NCBI GenBank assembly: GCA_963705545.1
Contig: CAVPJX010000002.1
Location: 109,468 to 173,467, forward strand
DNA: 64,000 nucleotides
Direction: 5' to 3'
Origin: an uncultured Actinomycetes bacterium
Lineage (GTDB): Bacteria > Actinomycetota > UBA4738 > HRBIN12
Of this stretch, positions 37,831 through 46,167 are shown piece after piece (within the stretch, counting starts at the first letter, position 1; every line of letters begins with the position of its first letter). The position numbers and the translations under genes were made by a program. The notes beneath the pieces were generated by a model. The model ran no database searches, was not told where the DNA came from, and was given only the letters and a program-made list of their open reading frames with translations.

Positions 37831-38706
37831 ATGGTGCAGCGGCGGCGGGCGGGTCTCTCGGGCGTGAGCGGCTCGGGGACCGCGGGCCCGGTCATGGTGA
37901 TCGGCGGCGCCGAGGACAAGCTCCGGGACAAGGCGATCCTCGCGCGCTTCGCGAAGTTCGCCGAAGGACCCGACGGCCACGTCGTCGTGATCTCGACCGC
38001 GTCGTCGATGGGCGACCTCGCCACCGAGGCGTACCGCGAGCTCTTCGAGGGGCTCGGGATCGGCCGGGTGACCGGGCTGCGCCCCGAGGACCGCGAGGAG
38101 GCGATGGACCCGGTGCTGGGGGCCGAGCTCGCGAGCGCCTCAGGGGTGTTCCTCACCGGCGGGAACCAGTCCCGGCTGGCGCAGGTGGTCGCCGGCACGC
38201 GCCTCGGGGACGCGCTGTTCCTGGCGCACGACCGCGGCGCGGTCCTCGCCGGCACGTCGGCGGGCGCGAGCGCGATGGCCTCGCACATGGTGGCGTTCGG
38301 GCGCTCGGGATCGACCCCGAAGAACCGGATGGCGCAGCTGTCGGCAGGCCTCGGGATCCTGCAGGGGATCGTGATCGACCAGCACTTCGAGCAGCGCGGG
38401 AGGATCGGCCGCCTGCTCGCGATCGTGGCGGGCTCTCCCTCCCTCCTGGGCGTCGGCCTGGACGAGGACACCTGCGCCGTCGTCTTCGCCGACCAGAGCC
38501 TTCACGTGATCGGCCGCGGCGCCGTCACGATCGTGGACGGCTCGATGGTCAAGACCGACGCCTACCGCGGGAAGGGGTATCGTCCGCTCATGATCTCCGG
38601 GGCGGTCCTGCACACGCTCCCCTCGGGCTATTGGTTCGACCTGCGGACCCGGAGGCTGCTCGCGGGCGAGGGTCTCCAGGGGGTGGAGCGGGAGGCGTCG
38701 GAGTGA
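37831..38706 (+). CDS. cphB: cyanophycinase (peptidase S51)
   Basis: 291 aa. ...VMVIGGAEDK...VFLTGGNQSRL...LAGTSAGASAM (catalytic Ser)...IVIDQHFEQRGRIGRL. Confidence 0.85.
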   Translation: MVQRRRAGLSGVSGSGTAGPVMVIGGAEDKLRDKAILARFAKFAEGPDGHVVVISTASSMGDLATEAYRELFEGLGIGRVTGLRPEDREEAMDPVLGAELASASGVFLTGGNQSRLAQVVAGTRLGDALFLAHDRGAVLAGTSAGASAMASHMVAFGRSGSTPKNRMAQLSAGLGILQGIVIDQHFEQRGRIGRLLAIVAGSPSLLGVGLDEDTCAVVFADQSLHVIGRGAVTIVDGSMVKTDAYRGKGYRPLMISGAVLHTLPSGYWFDLRTRRLLAGEGLQGVEREASE

Positions 38707-41558
38707 CGTCCGCGCGCACCCGGACGCGGGGCGACCGGGAGCGTGCCAAGCGCGAGCCGGCGTCGAAGAAGCCGGGGAGGGCGAAGCCGGACCTCCAGAT
38801 CCTGCAGACCCAGGTCTTCCGCGGTCCCAACTACTGGTCCTACGAGCCGTGCATCCGGATGCTCGTGGACCTCGGGTCGCTCGAGGACTGGCCGTCCAAC
38901 ACGATCCCCGGGTTCAACGCGAAGCTGCTGAAGGCGCTCCCCGGGGTGGGCGAGCATTCGTGCTCGCTCGGCAAGAGCGGGGGGTTCCGCGAGCGGCTCG
39001 CCGACGGGACGTGGCTCGGTCACGTCTGCGAGCACGTCGCGCTCGAGCTGCAGCGGGAGTCGGGGGCACACATCACCCGCGGGAAGACCCGCAGCGCGGG
39101 CGAGCCCGGTCGCTACCACGTGATCTACGGCTACGCGGAGGAGCGCGTCGGCCGCGCGGCGGGGGAGCTCGCGATCCGCCTCCTGAATCACCTGATCAAG
39201 GCCGAGGCGGACTTCGACTTCGACGCGGAGCTCGAGCGGCTGATCCTGCTGGCCGAGCGGCGGCAGTTCGGCCCGTCGACCCAGGCGATCCTGGACGAGG
39301 CGACGGGACGGGACATCCCCTTCATCCGGTTGAACGAGGCCTCGCTGGTGCAGCTCGGCCAGGGCAGGTACCAACAGCGGATCCGGGCCACGATGACGTC
39401 GCAGACCTCCGCCCTCGCGGTCGATGTGGCGGGCGACAAGAAGATGACGAACCAGCTCCTCGCGGCCGCCGGGCTCCCGGTGCCGCGGAGCGAGGTGGTG
39501 CGGGCCGAGGACCACGCGGTCGCGGCCGCCAAGCGGATCGGCTTCCCGGTCGTGACGAAGCCGCTCGACGGCAACCACGGCCGCGGTGTCGGTCTGGGCC
39601 TGCGGACCGAGCGGGCCGTGCGGACCGGCTTCCGGCGGGCGCTCAAGGAGTCGCGGGGCGGGCGCGTCGTGGTCGAGTCCTTCGTCACGGGCAACGATTA
39701 CCGGATGCTCGTGATCGGCGGGCGCATGGTGGCGATCGCGGAGCGGGTGCCGGCGCACGTGGTCGGCGACGGGAGGCGGACCGTCGCCGAGCTCGTCGAG
39801 AAGACGAACCAGGACCCGCGACGCGGGATCGGTCACGAGAAGGTGCTCACGCGGATCAAGGTCGACGAGGCCGCGACGGAGCTCGTGAAGAAGCAGGGGT
39901 TCCAGATCGACGAGATCCCACCGAAGGGGGAGCGCGTCCTGCTCGCGGCGACCGGCAACATGTCGACCGGCGGCATCTCGATCGACCGGACCTGGGAGGC
40001 GCACGAGGACAACGTCGAGATCGCCGAGGAGGCGGCCCGGGTGGTGGGTCTCGACGTCGCCGGGATCGACTTCCTGGCGCCCGACATCTCGCAGCCGGTG
40101 CGGGAGACGGGAGGCGCGATCGTCGAGGTGAACGCCGCACCCGGGTTCCGGATGCACACGCATCCGACCGAGGGCGAGCCGCAGTACGTCGCGAAGTACG
40201 TGGTCGACCTGCTCTACCCACCCGGGACGCCCTCGCGGATCCCGATCGTCGCGGTGACCGGTTCCAACGGTAAGACGACGACGACCCGGATGATCGCGCA
40301 CATCTTCCGGGGGATGGGTCGTCAGGTCGGCGTGACGTCGACCGACGGGATCTACATCGACGAGCGGCTCGTCAAGCGCGTGGACGCGAGCGGACCGAAG
40401 TCCGCGCAGATGGTGCTGCAGAACCCTCGGGTGGACATGGCCGTCTTCGAGGTGGCGCGCGGCGGGATCCTGCGCGAGGGGCTCGGCTACGGTCGCAACG
40501 ACGTCGGCGTCGTGCTGAACGTCACCGGGGATCACCTCGGCCTGCGGGACATCCACACGATCGAGGAGCTCGCGGCGGTCAAGCGAGTGGTGGTCGAGGC
40601 CGTGCCCCGCAACGGGTGGGCGGTCCTGAACGCCGACGACCCGCTCGTCCTGGACATGCGGCGGCACTCGAGCGGCAACGTGATCCTGTTCTCGATGGCC
40701 GAGAAGCCCGAGTTCGTCGAGCGGTGGATCCGACGTGGACACAAGGCGGTCGTGCTGGAGCAGACGCCCCGCGGCGAGATGATGGTGATCAGGGAAGGTC
40801 GGCGGACGATGCCGATCGCGTGGGTCCACACGCTCCCCGCGACCTTCGACGGCAAAGCGCGCATGATGGTGCAGAACGCGATGGCCGCCGCCGCGGCCGC
40901 GCACGTCGCCGGAGCCCACCTCCACGACATCCGTCAGGGCCTGCGGTCGTTCACGACGTCGATGTATCAGGCGCCGGGACGCCTCAACCTGTTCGACCTC
41001 GACGGCATCCGCGTCCTGATCGACTACGCCCACAACGCGGCGGGTCTGGATACGGTGGGCGACTTCGTCGATCGGATGACCGCCGACGTGTCCTCAGGCG
41101 AGCAGCCGGGCGGGGCGTCGTGGACCGCGAACCTGCGGGTGGCCGTCGTCGCGACCGCGGGCGACCGTCGCGACGAGGACATCCGGGAGCTGGGGAGGGT
41201 CGCCGCGCGGTACTTCGACGAGGTGATCGTCCGCGAGGACCACAACCCCCGTGGGCGCCGGAAGGGCGAGACGGCCGAGCTGATCCTGCAAGGCGTGCGG
41301 GAGTCGATCGCGAGCGGGCAGGGCCGGGCCGGGCACGCCGAGGTGGTGCTCGACGAGATGGAGGCGACGCGGCGGGCGCTCGATCGCAGCCGCCCGGGCG
41401 ACCTCGTGGTCCTCTGCGTCGACTACGCGACCGACGTGTACCGCGAGCTCGAGAGCCGAACGGGCGCGGCGGCGCCACAGGTGCTGCGGGCCTCGGAGGA
41501 CGGAGCGACGGTGGAGGCGGCGGGCGGCGACCCCGACCTCATGTCCGCCGACGCCTGA
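38703..41558 (+). CDS. cphA: cyanophycin synthetase (N domain + ATP-grasp + Mur-ligase domains)
   Basis: 951 aa. The GTG overlaps the cphB stop (GTGA). N domain LQTQVFRGPNYWSYEPCIRMLVDLG, ATP-grasp (VVTKPLDGNHGRGV...), M domain (VTGSNGKTTTTRMIAH...VLNADDP). Confidence 0.9.
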   Translation: MTSARTRTRGDRERAKREPASKKPGRAKPDLQILQTQVFRGPNYWSYEPCIRMLVDLGSLEDWPSNTIPGFNAKLLKALPGVGEHSCSLGKSGGFRERLADGTWLGHVCEHVALELQRESGAHITRGKTRSAGEPGRYHVIYGYAEERVGRAAGELAIRLLNHLIKAEADFDFDAELERLILLAERRQFGPSTQAILDEATGRDIPFIRLNEASLVQLGQGRYQQRIRATMTSQTSALAVDVAGDKKMTNQLLAAAGLPVPRSEVVRAEDHAVAAAKRIGFPVVTKPLDGNHGRGVGLGLRTERAVRTGFRRALKESRGGRVVVESFVTGNDYRMLVIGGRMVAIAERVPAHVVGDGRRTVAELVEKTNQDPRRGIGHEKVLTRIKVDEAATELVKKQGFQIDEIPPKGERVLLAATGNMSTGGISIDRTWEAHEDNVEIAEEAARVVGLDVAGIDFLAPDISQPVRETGGAIVEVNAAPGFRMHTHPTEGEPQYVAKYVVDLLYPPGTPSRIPIVAVTGSNGKTTTTRMIAHIFRGMGRQVGVTSTDGIYIDERLVKRVDASGPKSAQMVLQNPRVDMAVFEVARGGILREGLGYGRNDVGVVLNVTGDHLGLRDIHTIEELAAVKRVVVEAVPRNGWAVLNADDPLVLDMRRHSSGNVILFSMAEKPEFVERWIRRGHKAVVLEQTPRGEMMVIREGRRTMPIAWVHTLPATFDGKARMMVQNAMAAAAAAHVAGAHLHDIRQGLRSFTTSMYQAPGRLNLFDLDGIRVLIDYAHNAAGLDTVGDFVDRMTADVSSGEQPGGASWTANLRVAVVATAGDRRDEDIRELGRVAARYFDEVIVREDHNPRGRRKGETAELILQGVRESIASGQGRAGHAEVVLDEMEATRRALDRSRPGDLVVLCVDYATDVYRELESRTGAAAPQVLRASEDGATVEAAGGDPDLMSADA

Positions 41559-41900
41559 GTGGATCTCGAACGGGTCAAGCGCGAGCTGGAGGCTCGACGC
41601 GACGAGCTCCGGTCATCGCTCGGGGTGCTCGTCGAGGTCCGTCGGGACCCCGCCGCTTCGGTCTCGTTCGGGAAGCGCGTCGGCGACGGTACGACGGAGG
41701 CGGTCGAGCGCATCAACCAGACGTCTGCGGCGCGATCGCTCGCCGGAACCCTGCAGGCCGTCGAGGCCGCCCTCGGCCGGATCGCCGAAGGCACCTACGG
41801 GGTGTGCGTCCGGTGCGGTGCGCAGATCCCCGCCGAGCGTCTGGACGCCATCCCCTGGACCCCCTACTGCGTGGCCTGCAGCCGCGAGGTCGCCGACTGA
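41559..41900 (+). CDS. DksA/TraR-family C4-type zinc-finger protein
   Basis: 113 aa, GTG start. ...GTYGVCVRCGAQIPAERLDAIPWTPYCVACSRE. Confidence 0.6.
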   Translation: MDLERVKRELEARRDELRSSLGVLVEVRRDPAASVSFGKRVGDGTTEAVERINQTSAARSLAGTLQAVEAALGRIAEGTYGVCVRCGAQIPAERLDAIPWTPYCVACSREVAD

Positions 41901-43847
41901 GCCACCGGTTCCGTCCGGCTCTGCGCCGGGGTCCCGATGACCGGCCTCGGCATGGATCACGTGCATCAACGCGTTGATCAGCGCGAGGTGCGTGAACGCC
42001 TGCGGGAAGTTCCCCAGGTGCCGTCCGCTCGTCGGGTCGAGCTCCTCGGCGTAGAGCCCGAGCGGGCTCGCGAGCGAGAGGAGCTTCTCGCACAGGCGCC
42101 GCGCCCGGTCGATCTCGCCGATCTCGACGAGCGCCGACACCAACCAGAACGAACAGATCGCGAACGTCGCCTCCTCGCCCTCCAGACCATCCTCGCTCCG
42201 GTCGGTCCGGTACCGCAGCACGAGGTCGTTGACGCTCAGCTCGTCGGCGATCGCCAGCACCGTCGCTCGAGCCACCGGGTGATCGGGCGGCAGGAACCCC
42301 ATCAGGACCGCGAGCAGGGACGACGCGTCGAGCGAGTCCGATCCGTACCGCTGCGTGAGCACGCCGCGCCCGTCCACGCCGTGGGCGAGCACGTCCGCGC
42401 GGATCGCGTCGGCCTCGGTGCGCCAGCGAACGGCCATCCCCGGCTCGTCCATCGCCTCGGCCAGGCGGGCAGCGCGGTCGCACGCGACCCAGCACATGAT
42501 CTTCGACGAGGTGAAGTGATCGGGCGCGGATCGGACCTCCCACACGCCCTGATCCGGCTCGCGCCAACGGCTCGCCGCTTGATCCGCGATCCGTACGAGC
42601 TCGGCCCAGGTCACGCCGGTCACGTGCTCGCCGGCGCCCAGGTGGAGCAGCACGGAATCGAGCAGCGCCCCCCACACGTCGTTCTGCTGCTGCCGGTAGG
42701 CGTCGTTGCCCACCCGCACCGGCCGCGAGCCCTCGTACCCGGACAGGTGGTCGAGGGTGCGCTCCGTGAGGTCACGCTCGCCGCCGACGCCGTACAGCAC
42801 CTGGAGCGGCGCGTCCTCGCCGATCCGGTCCGCGATGAAGTGGAAGAAGTCGCGCGCCTCGTTCGCGAAGCCGAGCGTGTACAGGCCCCACAGGGCCCAC
42901 GTGGCGTCGCGCACCCACGTGTAGCGGTAATCCCAGTTCCGCTCACCCCCCGTGATCTCGGGGAGCGACGTCGTCGGCGCGGCGAGCAGCGCGCCGGTCG
43001 GAGCGTAGGTAAGCCCCTTCAGGGTGAGGGCGCTCCGCTGCAGGACCGGTCGCCATGGGTGATCGGGGAAGTTCCCCCCCACGACCCAGCCGCGCCAGAA
43101 GTCGCCGGTCAGCCGCAGGCACTCCTCGGCCTCGTCCACATCGGCCGGCGGACGGCCGTCGCTCCACGAGAGGGCGACGAAGGCGCGGTCGCCCTCCTGC
43201 ATGGTCGTGTGCGCGCGCGCCGTGCGTCCCTCGAGACCGAGCCGAAGATCCGTGGTGAGGCGGAGCAACGGGTCCTCCGGTTCGCCTGTGGCGATCGCCT
43301 CCCCGTATCCCGGGCCCGCGTACGCCCAGTCCGCGTCCCGCAGCCCGTACCCGAACACCGGCTCGCACCGGACCTCCAGGTCGACCTGTCCGTTGATGCA
43401 CTTGATCGTGCGCACGAGGACGTGGTCGGCGCGGAAGTCGTCGGGCGGCCGGACGTATTCTTGCTCCCGTCGCTCATCCGCCCAGCGCCGGACGGCCAGG
43501 GCGGTCCGCACGATGAGCCAACCCGAACGCGTCTGCCAGGTGGTCTCGAGCACGTTCGTCCCGGGGAGGTAGCGGCGGCCGGCCGGGACCGACAGCTCGT
43601 CCGGACCGACGCGGAAGCTCCCGGCGGCCCGGTCGAGGATCGCGCCGAACACGCTCGGTCCGTCCGGGCGGGGGATGCACAGCCACTCCACGTCTCCGGA
43701 AGGGGACACGAGCGCCATCGCCTCGCGGTCGGAGAGGAACGCGTACTCCGCGATCGGGAAGAACGCGCCGGGCTGCGGCCAGCCGAACGGCATCCCGACC
43801 GGCGGCGCGTCGTGGCGCGCCTCGGGGTCCGAGAGCGGGCGGTCCAT
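41613..43847 (-). CDS. glycoside hydrolase family 15 (glucoamylase-like; actinobacterial GH15 trehalase type); the 3' end is probably a read-through
   Basis: 744-aa ORF. The GH15 core reads ...GERNWDYRYTWVRDATWALWGLYTLGFANEARDFF...WEVRSAPDHFTSSKIMCWVACDRA... Family members are usually about 640-670 aa. The last about 90 codons overlap the dksA-like gene antisense. A 1-nt deletion in the ccccgg run near 41925 would terminate at about 41866. Confidence 0.7.
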   Translation of the reverse strand: MDRPLSDPEARHDAPPVGMPFGWPQPGAFFPIAEYAFLSDREAMALVSPSGDVEWLCIPRPDGPSVFGAILDRAAGSFRVGPDELSVPAGRRYLPGTNVLETTWQTRSGWLIVRTALAVRRWADERREQEYVRPPDDFRADHVLVRTIKCINGQVDLEVRCEPVFGYGLRDADWAYAGPGYGEAIATGEPEDPLLRLTTDLRLGLEGRTARAHTTMQEGDRAFVALSWSDGRPPADVDEAEECLRLTGDFWRGWVVGGNFPDHPWRPVLQRSALTLKGLTYAPTGALLAAPTTSLPEITGGERNWDYRYTWVRDATWALWGLYTLGFANEARDFFHFIADRIGEDAPLQVLYGVGGERDLTERTLDHLSGYEGSRPVRVGNDAYRQQQNDVWGALLDSVLLHLGAGEHVTGVTWAELVRIADQAASRWREPDQGVWEVRSAPDHFTSSKIMCWVACDRAARLAEAMDEPGMAVRWRTEADAIRADVLAHGVDGRGVLTQRYGSDSLDASSLLAVLMGFLPPDHPVARATVLAIADELSVNDLVLRYRTDRSEDGLEGEEATFAICSFWLVSALVEIGEIDRARRLCEKLLSLASPLGLYAEELDPTSGRHLGNFPQAFTHLALINALMHVIHAEAGHRDPGAEPDGTGGSVGDLAAAGHAVGGPGDGVQTLGGDLRTAPDAHPVGAFGDPAEGGLDGLQGSGERSRRRRLVDALDRLRRTVADALPERDRSGGVPTDLDEHPER

Positions 43848-43904
43848 CCGGCCAGTCTAGGACCGTCCGGACCTGGTTCCCGAGACCACCCGTACGATGA
43901 CGAC

Positions 43905-44658
43905 GTGAGCCTCTCCGATGCGCGCGAGCGCGCCCTCGCGGCGCTGCTCCGCGATCCGGCCCGCTCGGCGATCCTGCTCGACTTCGACGGGACGCTCAGC
44001 CCGATCGTGGAGCACCCGGACCTCGCGCGGATCGCGCCGGGCGTCCGTGCTGCACTCGCGCGGCTCGCGCCCATCTACGCCCTGGTGGCCGTCGTCAGCG
44101 GCCGCCCCGCGGACGAGGTCGGACGGCTGGTCGCCGTGGAGGGCGTTCAGATCGAGGGCCTCTACGGCCTGGAGGGGGGCCCCGACCTGCCCGCGGTGCC
44201 CGGCGACGTCGGCGCGGAGGTCGAGCGCGTCGCCGTCGAGCTCCCCGGCTCGCTCGTGGAGCACAAGGGGGCGACGATCGCCCTGCACGTGCGTGGGCGC
44301 CCGCGATCCGGACGCGGCCGAGATCTTCGCGGCCCGGGCGCTCGGACCCATCGCGTCGGCGTCGGGCATGCGCCTGCTGACCGGCAAGCGTGTGGTGGAG
44401 CTCGTCCCGGTCGACGCGCCGCTGAAGGACCGGGCGGTACGACGGCTGATCGACGCCACCGGTGCCGAGGCCGCGCTGTACGCGGGCGACGACGCCGCGG
44501 ACCTCGACGCGTTCGCCGCACTCGACGAGGCCCCGGTCGACGCGGTCAAGGTCGCGGTCCGTGGACCCGAGACGCCCCTCCCGGTCGTCACGGCGGCCGA
44601 CGTGGTCGTCGACGGTCCCGAAGGCATGGCGGAGCTCCTGCGCGACCTGATCCCCTGA
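43905..44658 (+). pseudogene. otsB: trehalose-6-phosphate phosphatase OtsB; frameshifted near 44292
   Basis: HAD motif ILLDFDGTLSP is in the 41937 frame. The C-terminus (...RDPDAAEIFAARALGPIASASGMRLLTGKRVVELVPVDAPLKD...YAGDDAADLDAFAAL...) is in the 43918..44658 frame. One extra g (gtgggcgcc) separates them. Confidence 0.75.
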
Positions 44659-44685
44659 CCAGCCCGACCGGTCGCGGCGTGCGGA

Positions 44686-46158
44686 CTAGGCGGCGGGCCG
44701 GATCCGGTCGACCGCCTCGAGCTGCTCCGTGAGCCAGGTCGCGGGCGTGTGCGCCTGGATCGTCCGCGAGAGCCCGCGGGCCCGTCGGGCGCGATCCTCG
44801 GCGGGCATCTCGAGCGCCGCGCGGATCGCCTCGGCGGTCTCGGAGAGGTCGAACGGGTTGATCGCCAGCGCGTGCCGGCCGAGGCGACCGAAGGCACCCG
44901 CGTTGCGCGACAGGATCAATGCCCCGCGGCGCCGGTTCACGAGCGGCCCCTCCATCGCGACCAGGTTCATCCCGTCGTAGACCGGGTTGACCAGGAGCGC
45001 GTCGTACGCGCCGTAGGCGGCGACGGCATATCGGTAATCCTCCTGCACGCGTACGTCGATCGGCGTCCAGCCGTCGCCGCCGAGCGCGGCGTTGATCCGG
45101 TCCGCCTCGGCCAGGCATTCCTGGCCGTAGTCCTGGTACGCGGGCACGTCCTCGCGGGACGGGCTGAGGAGGGCGAGGAACCGGACCCGCCCGCGCCACG
45201 ATGGGTTCCGCTCCAGGAAGAGCTCGTACGCGAGGAACCCGCGCAGGATGTTCTTCGTCGGCTCGAGCCGGTCGACCCGCAGCAGGAGCGCTCGGTCGCC
45301 GCGCTCGCGCTCGACCTCGGCGCGCATCGCACGGACCTCCGGCTCGGTCGCCGTCTGGCGGATCGCGGCCGCGTTGACCGCGACCGGGAACGTCCGGACC
45401 GCGGTCGCGTGCGGTCCGTCGGAGACGCGCCAGCGTCGGAGGTCGACGCGGACGCCGGCGAGGCTCCGGCAGGACAGCAGGAAGTTCTCGGCCCAGGTCC
45501 GGCTCTGGAAGCCCACGACGTCGGCACCGGCCATCCCGCGCAGGATCGCGGCGCGCATCCCCACGGGCAGGGTCCGCATGTAGCTCGCCCCCGCGAACGG
45601 GGTGTGCGAGAAGTGCACGATCTTCGCCTCGGGCCGGAGCTCGCGGAGCATCGCCGGGACGAGCGCGAGGTGGTAGTCCTGGATCAGGAACACCGGCTCG
45701 TCGCCGCTCACCTGGGCGAGGACGGTCGCGAAGGCCCGGTTCGCCTCCTCGTACGCCTGCCAATCCCTCGCGGTGTCGTCCCCGAACACCGGCGAGCGCG
45801 GCAGGTCCCACAGGTAATGGTGGAGGAACCACAGCACGCCGTTCGCGATCCGGTTGTAGTACGCGTCGTAGCGTTCGGGCGGGATCCGGACGAACCGGAC
45901 CCGGATCCCCGCGTCGTGCGTGACGTCCGTGTCCGCCTCCGCGGCCTCGTGGTCGCCGGCCGTCATCGCCGCGGAGACCCACGTGATGTCGTCGCGGAAG
46001 AACACGCTCGAGAGCGCCGTCACGAGGCCGCCGGAGCCGCGGCGCGGCACCGACAGGCCGGCCTCGTCGCGCTCGAAGGAGACCGGGCCACGGTTCGACG
46101 CGACCACGATCGGGGACTCGATCGCGGGCACGGACACGTCCGACGGGGGTCCGGGCAT
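44686..46158 (-). CDS. otsA: alpha,alpha-trehalose-phosphate synthase (GT20)
   Basis: 490 aa. ...IVVASNRGPVSFE...LWFLHHYLWD...VFLIQDYHLALVPAMLR... Confidence 0.9.
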   Translation of the reverse strand: MPGPPSDVSVPAIESPIVVASNRGPVSFERDEAGLSVPRRGSGGLVTALSSVFFRDDITWVSAAMTAGDHEAAEADTDVTHDAGIRVRFVRIPPERYDAYYNRIANGVLWFLHHYLWDLPRSPVFGDDTARDWQAYEEANRAFATVLAQVSGDEPVFLIQDYHLALVPAMLRELRPEAKIVHFSHTPFAGASYMRTLPVGMRAAILRGMAGADVVGFQSRTWAENFLLSCRSLAGVRVDLRRWRVSDGPHATAVRTFPVAVNAAAIRQTATEPEVRAMRAEVERERGDRALLLRVDRLEPTKNILRGFLAYELFLERNPSWRGRVRFLALLSPSREDVPAYQDYGQECLAEADRINAALGGDGWTPIDVRVQEDYRYAVAAYGAYDALLVNPVYDGMNLVAMEGPLVNRRRGALILSRNAGAFGRLGRHALAINPFDLSETAEAIRAALEMPAEDRARRARGLSRTIQAHTPATWLTEQLEAVDRIRPAA

Positions 46159-46167
46159 CCGGGCAGT

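Noticed and set aside
38628-41033. 801-aa minus-strand ORF antisense to cphA
   Set aside because: Low-complexity Arg/His/Asp-rich translation. cphA on the plus strand is unambiguous.
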